A stretch of 64,000 nt of DNA from an uncultured Verrucomicrobiae bacterium (GTDB lineage Bacteria; Verrucomicrobiota; Verrucomicrobiia; Chthoniobacterales; UBA10450), in NCBI GenBank assembly GCA_963735805.1, contig CAVTMK010000003.1:352001-416000 (forward strand). The letters run 5' to 3'. This document shows, one piece after another, positions 9,543 through 21,286 of the stretch. A model generated the notes under the pieces. It saw nothing but the letters and a program-made list of their open reading frames with translations, was not told where the DNA came from and did no database searches. Positions within the stretch are counted from its first letter, which is position 1. Each line of letters begins with the position of its first letter. The position numbers and the translations under genes were made by a program.

Positions 9543-10343
9543 CTAATCTCTTGTGACAATGCCGTTGCCGAGCCGCGTCGTGATCTCGTTGACCTTTTTA
9601 ACTGATTCGGCAGGAATATGGGCACTGCCTACGTCAATTAGCGGCTTCACTTCGACCAAGGCGTCTTGAATTTTGTGAAGAATCGGAAGGTTAAACTCAG
9701 GCATCGCCTTCAGTCTTGTCTGAAAATAAGACAGGAGATCAGGTTGATGCAGCAATTCGGCGCCGTCGGCGGAAAAATGCTGGTTTACCACCGAGGTCAG
9801 CACCTCCGTGCCCCTCAGCCACCCACCCAGACTGACCAGCTGTGATAATTTTTCGTCGTGGACTTCATTCATTGCCGTTTGCACACTATTTTGGGTGCGA
9901 TCCAATTCCTGGCGCACATTTTCCCAATTCCGTTTGTCTGCTGCCTCGATGATCGCCTTGGCATGTGGCGTGATTGAATTTCCCACGCCAATCCCCTTCG
10001 CGAGTGCCAGCACCCGTTGGCCAATCTCCTTTACCGTCGGCGCGTCTTCCGCTTGGACCGCGATAAAACCATCTGCGATCACCGTCCCTAACAAAAGGGC
10101 GATGCGCGGCCGTTCCGTGAAATTCGGCCCCTTATCGCTGCGAACGTGTTCCTTCCAATTGACCGCGCCCAGCTTGTTCAATGCTCCGAAAATTTCGTTC
10201 GGCAACGGGACCACAACATCTTCCACAGTGGTGGATAATTGGTTAATATTGATGTGCTGCGGAGCCTGTGCGCCCTGCGCGCATAGCGCAGAACCGCAAA
10301 GCGCCGCTAGAATTACCTTCAAATGTTTAGTAAACAGAATCAT
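9543..10343 (-). CDS. Hypothetical exported protein (helical)
   Basis: Signal peptide, 266-aa ORF, 9 bp from the next gene. Confidence 0.8.
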   Translation of the reverse strand: MILFTKHLKVILAALCGSALCAQGAQAPQHININQLSTTVEDVVVPLPNEIFGALNKLGAVNWKEHVRSDKGPNFTERPRIALLLGTVIADGFIAVQAEDAPTVKEIGQRVLALAKGIGVGNSITPHAKAIIEAADKRNWENVRQELDRTQNSVQTAMNEVHDEKLSQLVSLGGWLRGTEVLTSVVNQHFSADGAELLHQPDLLSYFQTRLKAMPEFNLPILHKIQDALVEVKPLIDVGSAHIPAESVKKVNEITTRLGNGIVTRD

Positions 10344-10501
10344 TGGGAGCCTCGAGTATTGATTTCGGGTTCGTATTCAGGATTTAATGAAGCGAACCTT
10401 AAGCAAAACCACTGCCGTACACAAATCGCTGCTGAAAACATTTTGAATCGCCTTAACCGAACCACTTCATCGCCTCTGGCGGGCTACTGCCTGCATTCCC
10501 T

Positions 10502-11515
10502 ATGGATCTGACCCGGCTAGAGCAGATCCTCGACCGCGCATCTTCCAGGCGGATCACCGTAATCGGTGACCTGATGCTGGATGAATTTGTCTGGGGAAGA
10601 GTCGGTCGCATCTCGCCTGAGGCACCGGTCCCTGTTGTGGAAGTGACCGGAGAATCATTTTATCCGGGAGGCGCTGCCAACGTCGCCCGCAACCTGCGCG
10701 AATTCGTGGACCGCGTCGCCATTATCGGTTTGCTGGGCAAAGATCGCAGTGGCGAGCAACTTAGGGAGTTACTCTCCGAACAAAGGATCGACACCTCAAA
10801 CGCAGTCGAAGAGGCAACGTTTCATACCATTGTCAAAACCCGCATCATCGCCCGCCATCAGCAAGTCGTCCGCGTGGACCGCGAAAAGTTTGTCGGACCG
10901 TCGGCGTCCCAAATTGGAGACGTCGCGACAGCGGTCCGTAGGAATATTCCGGAAACCGACGCAATTATTTTTGAAGACTATGGTAAGGGCTTTTTATCCA
11001 CCGAACTGGTTTCGCAAATTGCAGACGCTGCGTGTTCAGCCGGCAAAATCGTCGCGGCGGATCCTAATCCCCGGAATCTAGTCGAATGGCGCGGCCTCAC
11101 GGTGATCAAGCCGAACCGAACCGAAGCGTTTTCGGCCGCAGGTATTCCCAGCGGCGATCCGGATACCGCTCCGTCGCAGGACGCCGATTTAAAACGTGCC
11201 GGCGAAACGCTGCTAAAAAAATGGAAAACAGAAAACGTCCTTATCACGCTGGGTGAACACGGCATGATGCTTTTCCAAGAGAAAAAAGCGCCGCACTATA
11301 TACCCTCTAAAGCGCAAGAGGTTTTCGATGTCTCGGGCGCGGGGGATACGGCGATTGCTCTCTTTACCCTCGGTCTCGCCTGCGGCGCTACCCCAACCGA
11401 AGCGGCAGAAATCGCCAACCATGCGAGCGCCGTCGTAGTGAGCAAGCTTGGAACAGCAACTGTGACACGAGATGAATTGATCGCCAGTTTCCGGGAGGAT
11501 CCCGAGCGTGGTTAA
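10502..11515 (+). CDS. rfaE1: D-glycero-D-manno-heptose-7-phosphate kinase (RfaE domain I)
   Basis: GDLMLDE, RISPEAPVPVV, GGAANVA, DYGKG and VFDVSGAGDT. Confidence 0.92.
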   Translation: MDLTRLEQILDRASSRRITVIGDLMLDEFVWGRVGRISPEAPVPVVEVTGESFYPGGAANVARNLREFVDRVAIIGLLGKDRSGEQLRELLSEQRIDTSNAVEEATFHTIVKTRIIARHQQVVRVDREKFVGPSASQIGDVATAVRRNIPETDAIIFEDYGKGFLSTELVSQIADAACSAGKIVAADPNPRNLVEWRGLTVIKPNRTEAFSAAGIPSGDPDTAPSQDADLKRAGETLLKKWKTENVLITLGEHGMMLFQEKKAPHYIPSKAQEVFDVSGAGDTAIALFTLGLACGATPTEAAEIANHASAVVVSKLGTATVTRDELIASFREDPERG

Positions 11516-12041
11516 TGAATTGTCAGCTGCCGTCTTTATCGATCGCGACGGCACGATCATCGAAGACGCAGATTATTGTTCTCACCCAAAACGGGTGAAG
11601 GTTTTTCCTGGCGTTTCGGAATCATTACAGCGTTTAAAATCAAACGGATTCAAACTCATTGTTATCACGAACCAAAGCGGCATCGGTCGCGGCTTTTTCA
11701 CGGTCGACGAATATCGTTCCGTTGAATCGGAAGTTTCGCGCCAACTCGGTGATGGCTTGATCGATGCAACTTATTTTTGCCCCGACGTTCCCGGCCAGCA
11801 CTCCAGTCATCGAAAGCCGTCGCCCGGAATGATTTTGCAAGCCAAGCGAGAACACCAAATCGATCTGGCGCGTTCGTTTTTTGTTGGTGACAAGGAGATC
11901 GACGTCCAGTGCGGCCGCAATGCGGGTGTACGGACAATCCGGGTTCAAACTGGATTTGACAGGGACATTACCGGGAGCGCGGCGGATTGGGTTGCCCGGG
12001 ACTTGCCCGCGGCAGCGCGGATTATTTTGAACCAACCGTAA
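11508..12041 (+). CDS. gmhB: D,D-heptose 1,7-bisphosphate phosphatase (HAD)
   Basis: FIDRDGT, ITNQSGIGRG, RKPSPGM and FVGD; LPS context. Confidence 0.88.
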   Translation: MVNELSAAVFIDRDGTIIEDADYCSHPKRVKVFPGVSESLQRLKSNGFKLIVITNQSGIGRGFFTVDEYRSVESEVSRQLGDGLIDATYFCPDVPGQHSSHRKPSPGMILQAKREHQIDLARSFFVGDKEIDVQCGRNAGVRTIRVQTGFDRDITGSAADWVARDLPAAARIILNQP

Positions 12042-12069
12042 TGATCGCCCCGTCGTCCCAACCTATCGC

Positions 12070-12854
12070 ATGAGCAAAGCGGTTGGAATTATCCCCGCCC
12101 GGTGGAGTTCCACGCGATTTCCAGGTAAACCACTCCATCCTATTGCTGGAAAGCCCCTTCTGAGACATGTATGGGAACGCTGTCTGCGCGCTAAAAGTCT
12201 GGATTTGGTGGTCATCGCTACCGACGATATGCGCATCGCCTCCGCGGCGTTTGATTGGGGTGCGGAGGTCGCTTTGACTTCACCGAGGCACCGCAGTGGC
12301 ACCAATCGAGTCGCTGAGTTGGCGGGAAAAACAAAGCGGTTTGCTTACGTAATCAACATCCAGGGTGATGAACCGCTGATCGATCCCCGTCTAATCGATA
12401 AGCTTGTCGAAAAATTGCGATCCGATCGAAAAGTGGAAATGGTGACTGCCGCACATCCATTCGAAAATCCGAAGGACGCTTTTTCTCCCCATCAGGTGAA
12501 AGTCGTCCTCGATCTTCGCGGCAATGCTCTTTATTTCTCTCGCGCCCCGATTCCAGCTCCACGGAACGACGGTTTCTCCGCCGTTGTGTCTTCTCACGCA
12601 CTGCGTCGCCCTGGCTACTTGTTTCTTCGTCACCAGGGCATTTATGGATTCCAGCGCGAGACGCTGCTCCGATTTGTGAAATGGAAACCAACTCCCCTGG
12701 AGCGCATTGAATCGCTCGAGCAATTGCGCGCAATAGAAAATGGTGTAAAGGTTCATGTGCTCATTACTGCTGCAGGATCTCCGGGCATTGACACCCCAGA
12801 AGACGCATCGGCGCTGGAGCAAAAGCTTGCTCGCGCGAAACGGAGGATCCCCTC

Positions 12855-12858
<4 letters not shown>
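12070..12858 (+). CDS. kdsB: 3-deoxy-manno-octulosonate cytidylyltransferase
   Basis: IIPARWSSTRFPGKPL, NIQGDEP, ALYFSRAPIP and ESLEQLR. Confidence 0.95.
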
Positions 12859-14525
<1,667 letters not shown>

Positions 14526-15440
14526 GATCGAGATCCAGCTGGTCCAACTCCCGCAGGCAACGAAACAGATTCGCACCCGCTTCACGTAAGTCTTGACGCT
14601 CACTTAGAGTCCGAACAGCTGCGAATTTTTCTTCTGGATTCGACGCATTCCATGCCAGCAATCCAGCACGATGGTTTGCCGGGAGCGTGAACGCTTCGGA
14701 GTTATCGATCAAGCGAAGCGGAGTTTTCGGCGCGTAGTGCGATGGCAACTGACCGGGTGCAGAAACATTCTTCCGCGCGCTAACGATGTCGATTTCGCCA
14801 AACTCGGCGAGTTGTTCCGAAGTGATCGGCCCCCGGCGCAGGATTTCGATCCTATCTCCGTGGACAGCGACGATGGTCGATTCGATGCCGTGCGCGGTCG
14901 GGCCGGCGTCGATGATCAGCGGAATGCGTTCGCGTAGCTCGTCAAAAACGTGTTGCGCGGTCGTGGGGCTGATCCGGCCGAACCGATTTGCGCTTGGAGC
15001 AGCAAGCGGTTCATCGAATGCAGAAATGATTTCAGCGAAAACCGGATGTGAACTCATTCGCACAGCGACTGTAGCGAGCCCAGCGGTGACGATTTCTGGA
15101 ACAATGGGCTGTCGATCCAAGACCAGCGTCAGCGGTCCAGGCCAGAATCGCGCGATCAGTTTCTTAATAAGCGTGCCAGAGGGACCATCGATCCTAGCTA
15201 CGCGCTCGAGCCAGTTTTCAGAGGGTAGATGCACAATCAGCGGATCAAACCGCGGTCGCTCTTTCGCTTCGAAAATTTTTGCGACCGCGACGGAATCGAG
15301 CGCACCAGCAGCAAGGCCATAAACGGTTTCGGTCGGTAACGCCACGATTTCGCCTTTACGCAGGAGCTCAACCGCGCGCTCTGTAGCGGTGATCCGCGAC
15401 TGCCGACGGCGATCGGGGATCGCCGCTACTGTTTCGGTTT

Positions 15441-15932
15441 TCACCTTGGCAGCTTCGCTGACAAGACCGCTTCGGATTGCTTTTTGCGAAACGTTTCCAC
15501 TTTGGCCCGGACTCCTTCGTCAGAAGTAGCGAGGATTGCGGCGGCAAGGAGCGCAGCGTTTTTGGCACCGGCTTCGCCGATTGCCAGCGTTCCCACCGGA
15601 ATACCCCCAGGCATTTGCGCCGTTGAGAGAAGCGAATCGAGTCCCTGCAGCTTCGATTGCATTGGTACACCTAAAACCGGGAGCCATGTATGAGCCGCAA
15701 TCACTCCAGCCAAATGCGCCGCGCCCCCGGCGCCGGCGATGATGACGCGCAGTCCGCGAGCCGCGGCATTCCGCGCGAATTCAGCGGTCGCGTCCGGTGT
15801 CCGATGTGCGGAGAGAACGTGCGCCTCGTTAGACACACCGAGTTCATCTAGCGTCTCGACAGCGTGACGCATCGTCTCCCAATCCGATTTGCTGCCCATG
15901 ATGACGGCAACCAATGACTTTGATTCAGGCAT
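15441..15932 (-). CDS. purE: N5-carboxyaminoimidazole ribonucleotide mutase
   Basis: [26 protein letters not shown] and QMPGGIPV. Start moved to MPESK. Confidence 0.96.
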   Translation of the reverse strand: MPESKSLVAVIMGSKSDWETMRHAVETLDELGVSNEAHVLSAHRTPDATAEFARNAAARGLRVIIAGAGGAAHLAGVIAAHTWLPVLGVPMQSKLQGLDSLLSTAQMPGGIPVGTLAIGEAGAKNAALLAAAILATSDEGVRAKVETFRKKQSEAVLSAKLPR

Positions 15933-16112
15933 GGGCAGATTGTAGGGAGTTTTTGTGAAACGCCAAGCAGGGATGACCGATGTTTGTGGATCGTCAGAGC
16001 ATCTGACTGTTTCGGTAAAACCGTGTTTCAGCACGATTAACAGCGCACTTGGCGAAACTGAAGTCTTAATGAAATATTTCGCCATGGATCATCAAAGCGA
16101 TCATCGCGCGTG

Positions 16113-16655
16113 ATGAATTGTCCCCACAAATCGATCGTCCTCATCGGCATGATGGGCGCAGGCAAATCTGCCGTCGGGCGTTGTTTGCAGCAGCGAACCG
16201 GCTTTCCGCGCTTTGATATCGATGAGATGGTAAGTTCGAAATTTGGAATCCCGATTTCACAAATTTTCTCGACATGCGGTGAGGATAAGTTCAGGGAAGC
16301 GGAGACGGAAGTTCTGGGGAGGATATCCCCCCACCAACGCTCAATCATCGTGACTGGAGGCGGAATCATATTACGCGAAATAAACGTCGGTCTTTTAAAG
16401 CGGCTTGGCGCAGTGGTATGGCTGGCGGGGCAAAAAGGAACCCTCTTCAATCGAGCTTCGCGAACTGACAACCGACCATTGCTGCAAGGGAAAAATCCGA
16501 GGAAGGCGTTTGCCGAAAGCTTGCAAGTGCGCCTGCCACTTTATGCAAAGATTGCCGATATCCGTGTCGATACATCGGCACTTACCGCGGAAGAAGTCGC
16601 GATCGCAATTTTGACCAAGCTCAAAGGAGATTGGCGTAAATCAACGTCAACATAA
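16113..16655 (+). CDS. aroK: Shikimate kinase
   Basis: GMMGAGKS, GEDKFRE, TGGG, RPLL and RLPLY. Confidence 0.92.
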   Translation: MNCPHKSIVLIGMMGAGKSAVGRCLQQRTGFPRFDIDEMVSSKFGIPISQIFSTCGEDKFREAETEVLGRISPHQRSIIVTGGGIILREINVGLLKRLGAVVWLAGQKGTLFNRASRTDNRPLLQGKNPRKAFAESLQVRLPLYAKIADIRVDTSALTAEEVAIAILTKLKGDWRKSTST

Positions 16656-16675
16656 CTACCGCCGGCAACACCGTA

Positions 16676-17773
16676 ATGACCGAGACAGCTACAGGTCCAA
16701 TTGATCGCCACATCTCGAGAGTGGAACTGAAGACCCGGCTGGTATCATTTGCGCGCGAGCTTGGTTTTGATTCGTGTCGTGTCGCAGTCTGCAGCTCGCC
16801 GCCGCATGCAAACGAGTTTCGGAATTGGCTGCGCAACGAAGCACATGGCGAAATGGATTATATGGAGCGCGGGCGAGAAAAACGTTGTGATCCGCAAAAG
16901 GTTTTGCCCAACGCCAAGTCAATCATTGCGCTGGCGATGAACTATTTCCAAGGAGAGCAGAACGGACGCGACATGCCTGCCGCTCGTGGACAAATAGCCC
17001 GTTATGCATGGGGCGATGATTATCATGGCCTGATCGAGCGTAAGCTCGATAAAATCGACGGGTTTCTTCGCGAGTTTGAGGGACGACAAAAATGTTATGT
17101 CGATACCGGGCCAGTTTTGGAACGCGATTACGCGGCGCAAGCTGGCATCGGCTGGCATGGCAAGAGCACGATGCTCATCGACCAACAACTTGGTACCTGG
17201 TTTTTTCTCGCAGAAGTTCTGACGACCCTCGAATTACCGCCAGATCACCCTGTGGCAGATCGCTGCGGAACCTGTGAGCGCTGCATCAAAGCCTGCCCCA
17301 CCGGTGCGATCACCGGACCGCATCGCATCGATGCGCGACGCTGTATTTCCTATCTGACAATCGAACTCAAAGGTTCCATCCCGCTGGAGCTTCGAGCACT
17401 TATCGGAGACAGAATTTTTGGCTGCGACGATTGTCTGGATGCCTGCCCATGGAATCGTTTCGCAAGAACTTCGCGAGAAACCGCGTTTTCCGCCCGTTCC
17501 GCGACCGTAGGGGTGCCGCTGCGTGATTATCTCACTTTGAGCGATGATGAGTTCCGTGTGCTTTTCAAAAATTCGCCGATCAAACGGATTAAACGTCGCG
17601 GCTTCTTGCGTAATGTCTGTGTGGCGTTGGGCAATGTTGGCGATTCGTTCGATTTGCCCGCACTTGAGCATGCGGCAGCCGATTCCGAACCGCTGATCGC
17701 GGAGCATGCAAAATGGGCGATTCACCAGATCCGAGCCAGATCGACCTCATCCAGGAATGCGCCGATTAATTGA
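16676..17773 (+). CDS. queG: Epoxyqueuosine reductase
   Basis: ARYAWGDDYH, VDTGPVLER, CGTCERCIKACPT and GCDDCLDACPWN. Confidence 0.95.
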   Translation: MTETATGPIDRHISRVELKTRLVSFARELGFDSCRVAVCSSPPHANEFRNWLRNEAHGEMDYMERGREKRCDPQKVLPNAKSIIALAMNYFQGEQNGRDMPAARGQIARYAWGDDYHGLIERKLDKIDGFLREFEGRQKCYVDTGPVLERDYAAQAGIGWHGKSTMLIDQQLGTWFFLAEVLTTLELPPDHPVADRCGTCERCIKACPTGAITGPHRIDARRCISYLTIELKGSIPLELRALIGDRIFGCDDCLDACPWNRFARTSRETAFSARSATVGVPLRDYLTLSDDEFRVLFKNSPIKRIKRRGFLRNVCVALGNVGDSFDLPALEHAAADSEPLIAEHAKWAIHQIRARSTSSRNAPIN

Positions 17774-17809
17774 ATCTAAAGTGGTTCCTCGGCGCGTCGT
17801 AAATTTGTT

Positions 17810-19246
17810 ATGAACGGGATTTCGTTTACAAGGGTCAAACAACGGACTAATTCTGACCTCTTCACCCCAAGAACCGCTTCTACGATGCACCAAAGTGTTG
17901 GCACATCCTTGCCCGGCCGTGTGACCGCGAAACAGCGTCGCGCCCGGCGAAAAAAACAAATCATTTTGGGATCGATCGGCCTGATTCTGCTCTGGATCAT
18001 CGCTTCGATCGTCTGGAGCAAGCGCGAAAAGCCAATTCCGGTTACAACGGAGACTGCGATTCGCAAAACGATCGTGCAAACGGTTTCGGCAACGGGAAAA
18101 ATACAGCCTGAGATTGAAGTCAAGATTTCGCCTGAAGTTGCTGGCGAAATTACTGAATTGCCCGTGGAAGACGGAATGCAGGTCAAAAAAGGCGACCTGC
18201 TAGTGAAAATTAAACCTGACTCCTACAAGGCACTTCTCGAGCAACAGGAAGCAGCGATCAGCACGGCCAAGGCGACCAACCTGCAACAGAAGGCGACCAT
18301 GATGAAAACCGAGCAGGACCTTAAGCGGGCCGAAGACTTGTTCGACAAGAAGCTGATCTCAACTCAGGAATACAACGCGGATCAGGCAGCATACGACGTA
18401 GCTAAAAACACCTTCGAAAGTTCGCTGCACGAAATCGAACGCGCACAGGCAAGCTCCAGTCAGGCGCGGGATCAACTTTCCAAAACCACGATTTATTCGC
18501 CGATGGACGGAACGATCACCATTTTAAACAGCAAACTTGGAGAACGTCTGGTAGCCACGGGGCAATTCGCCGGCACTGAAGTGATGCGGGTGGCCGACCT
18601 GGGCCACATGGAAGCGCGCGTCGACGTCAATGAGAACGACGTTGTGAATGTGAAGGTCGGTGACAACGCCAAAATAAAAATCGACGCTTATGGCGATCGA
18701 AAATTCAGTGGCACCGTTTACCAAATAGGTAACACCGGAAAGACAACCGGTTCCGGCACACAGGAAGAAGTGACAAACTTCGAAGTGAAAATTCGGATTG
18801 ACGATCACGATGTCTCCCTCCGGCCCGGCCTGAGCTGCACCGCCGACATCGAAACGAACGTGGTCAAGGACACGGTTGCGGTTCCAATGCAGAGCGTGAC
18901 CATTCGAACAGGCGACAGCAATTTGAGTCCCGAGGAAATTGAGAAACGCAAACAGAAGGCAACGGCGCAGGACAAAGGCGATAACAACGCACAGTTCGTC
19001 AACGAACGAGCCGAGAAAACGGCGCAGAAAGAAGAACGTGAAAAACTGGCCAAGGTTGTGTTCCTAAAAAGGGGCAATAAGGCTCAGATGGTGAAGGTTA
19101 CGACTGGCATTTCCGACGATACTTACACGGAAATCAAAAGTGGCATTCAGCCTGGCGACGAAGTGATCTCGGGAAGTTACAGCGCGATCAGTCGCAAGTT
19201 AAAAGAAGGCGCCAAGATAACGCTCGATAAAGAAGGAATGAAATAG
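17810..19246 (+). CDS. MacA-like periplasmic adaptor (membrane fusion protein)
   Basis: TM anchor, VSATGKIQP, lipoyl-like VEDGMQVKKGDLL, coiled coil, IYSPMDG. Start may be ATG 17885. Confidence 0.9.
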   Translation: MNGISFTRVKQRTNSDLFTPRTASTMHQSVGTSLPGRVTAKQRRARRKKQIILGSIGLILLWIIASIVWSKREKPIPVTTETAIRKTIVQTVSATGKIQPEIEVKISPEVAGEITELPVEDGMQVKKGDLLVKIKPDSYKALLEQQEAAISTAKATNLQQKATMMKTEQDLKRAEDLFDKKLISTQEYNADQAAYDVAKNTFESSLHEIERAQASSSQARDQLSKTTIYSPMDGTITILNSKLGERLVATGQFAGTEVMRVADLGHMEARVDVNENDVVNVKVGDNAKIKIDAYGDRKFSGTVYQIGNTGKTTGSGTQEEVTNFEVKIRIDDHDVSLRPGLSCTADIETNVVKDTVAVPMQSVTIRTGDSNLSPEEIEKRKQKATAQDKGDNNAQFVNERAEKTAQKEEREKLAKVVFLKRGNKAQMVKVTTGISDDTYTEIKSGIQPGDEVISGSYSAISRKLKEGAKITLDKEGMK

Positions 19247-19273
19247 TCTCGACAGGCGACTGCCTGCGTTGCG

Positions 19274-20020
19274 ATGGAGACCCGGAATTCAATCAGACCG
19301 CTCGGCCCGGTTGTGATCGATATTGAGAACATCACAAAAGACTACGTCATGGGCGAGGAGCTCGTACGCGCTCTGCGAGGCGTGACGTTACAAATTCATC
19401 GCAACGAATACATCGCCATCATGGGGCCAAGCGGCAGCGGCAAATCAACGCTCATGAACATGCTCGGTTGTCTCGATACGCCGACGTCCGGCCGCTACGA
19501 GTTCAGCGGCAAAAACGTTGCGGAAATGGATGACGACGAGCTCGCAGCTGTTCGCAATCGCGAGATCGGGTTCGTGTTTCAAACGTTCAATCTGCTGCCT
19601 AGATCGACGTCGTTGCGCAATGTCGAGCTACCGCTCATTTATGCCGGGATCGATCCTGAACGGCGCGAAGCGCGCGCGACCCAGGTGCTAACAGACGTAG
19701 GCCTGGGCGATCGAATTCATCATAAACCGAACGAACTTTCCGGTGGTCAACGGCAGCGGGTGGCCATCGCGCGCGCGCTCGTTAACGGACCGTCGATTAT
19801 CCTAGCCGACGAACCGACCGGTAATCTCGATTCCAAGACCGGCGAAGAAATCATGGAGTTGTTCGAGAATTTATATCAGCACGGCAACACAATTATCCTA
19901 GTGACGCACGAACGAGACATCGCCGCGCACGCACGACGCACCGTCCATTTGCGCGACGGACTGATTGAGATGGATCACGTAGGATTTATTCCGGAGCTCG
20001 ACCTGCCAGTTGCGGGATAA
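19274..20020 (+). CDS. ABC transporter ATP-binding protein (MacB/LolD type)
   Basis: [17 protein letters not shown] and [10 protein letters not shown]. Confidence 0.95.
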   Translation: METRNSIRPLGPVVIDIENITKDYVMGEELVRALRGVTLQIHRNEYIAIMGPSGSGKSTLMNMLGCLDTPTSGRYEFSGKNVAEMDDDELAAVRNREIGFVFQTFNLLPRSTSLRNVELPLIYAGIDPERREARATQVLTDVGLGDRIHHKPNELSGGQRQRVAIARALVNGPSIILADEPTGNLDSKTGEEIMELFENLYQHGNTIILVTHERDIAAHARRTVHLRDGLIEMDHVGFIPELDLPVAG

Positions 20021-20027
20021 ACTCGCG

Positions 20028-21278
20028 ATGAAACGTCTTCTCTACGAGCTGAGCGAAAGCTGGAAAATCGCTGCGGCGCAAATGCGCTCGAACCTGACGC
20101 GCTCAACACTCACGGCACTCGGCGTTATTATCGGCATCATCGCCGTGACGCTAATGGGCACCGCCGTGAACGGGATTTCCATAGGTTTCGATAAGAGCAT
20201 GGCCGTGCTTGGTGATGACGTTCTCTACGTTACGCAATGGCCGTGGAAGCCCGTGGATGACTGGTGGAATTTCCGCGACCGCAAGAAAATTAAAACTGAG
20301 TATGCCGAAACCTTGAATCGGATGATCGCGGCGACCCCGAACTCAAACCTGGTCGTGGCTGTGCCGACATCAAATTTCATGCGATCCGTTAAACATGGCG
20401 GCAACCAGGTAAACAACGTCTTTGTTCTTGGGACGACCTCCGATTTTATCGTTACGTCGACGATTGATTGTACAACTGGGCGATTCTTCAACGAACTCGA
20501 ATCGCGCGGTGGCACCAATGTCGTGGTCATCGGCTATGACGTAGCCGATGCGCTTTTTCCTTCCGAAAACCCGATCGGTGAGTCGGTGTTGATCAACGGT
20601 CAATTATTCAAGGTCATTGGCGTGAATGCGCGGCAGGGCACGTTTCTTGGTTTGTTCAGCTGGGACTCCATGGTGGCGATGCCGCTGGCCGCGTTTAACA
20701 AATATTTTTCGGCTAAAAGCGAATCGGATGTGCGCGTGAAGGTAAAGGACAAAACCAGGCTCGACGATGCGAAGGATGAGCTCACCGGTTTGATGCGGCG
20801 CGTGCGCGGATTGCCACCGGAGAAAAAGGACGATTTCTCGATTAACGAGCAACAGGCGTTCAAAAGCACGCTCGATCCAGTGAAAAATTCAATTGCGATT
20901 GCCGGGCTGTTTATCACTGGATTGTCGCTTTTTGTCGGAGCGATCGGCATCATGAACATCACGTTTGTTAGCGTGAAAGAGCGCACAAAAGAAATCGGAA
21001 CACGCAAGGCCCTCGGAGCGCGGCGGCGAACAATCCTTCTGCAATTTCTGATCGAGTCGACAGCGCTTTGTCTTCTCGGCGGATTTATCGGGCTCGCGTT
21101 TGCTTATCTAATGTGCTTCGGAATCGGCAAAGCTTTCCCGTCGTTTCCGATTCGTTTTTCGGTCGGCTTGGTGTTTATCAGTATGATCGTTTCAATAGTC
21201 ACCGGTTTGTTCTCGGGTTTTGCGCCAGCCTGGACGGCGTCGCGCCTCGATCCGGTAACCGCACTCAGGTACGAGTAA
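20028..21278 (+). CDS. ABC transporter permease (MacB/FtsX type)
   Basis: RSTLTALGVIIG, GIMNITFVSVKERTKEIGTRKALGA and LDPVTALRYE. Confidence 0.93.
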   Translation: MKRLLYELSESWKIAAAQMRSNLTRSTLTALGVIIGIIAVTLMGTAVNGISIGFDKSMAVLGDDVLYVTQWPWKPVDDWWNFRDRKKIKTEYAETLNRMIAATPNSNLVVAVPTSNFMRSVKHGGNQVNNVFVLGTTSDFIVTSTIDCTTGRFFNELESRGGTNVVVIGYDVADALFPSENPIGESVLINGQLFKVIGVNARQGTFLGLFSWDSMVAMPLAAFNKYFSAKSESDVRVKVKDKTRLDDAKDELTGLMRRVRGLPPEKKDDFSINEQQAFKSTLDPVKNSIAIAGLFITGLSLFVGAIGIMNITFVSVKERTKEIGTRKALGARRRTILLQFLIESTALCLLGGFIGLAFAYLMCFGIGKAFPSFPIRFSVGLVFISMIVSIVTGLFSGFAPAWTASRLDPVTALRYE

Positions 21279-21286
21279 AAATCGAA

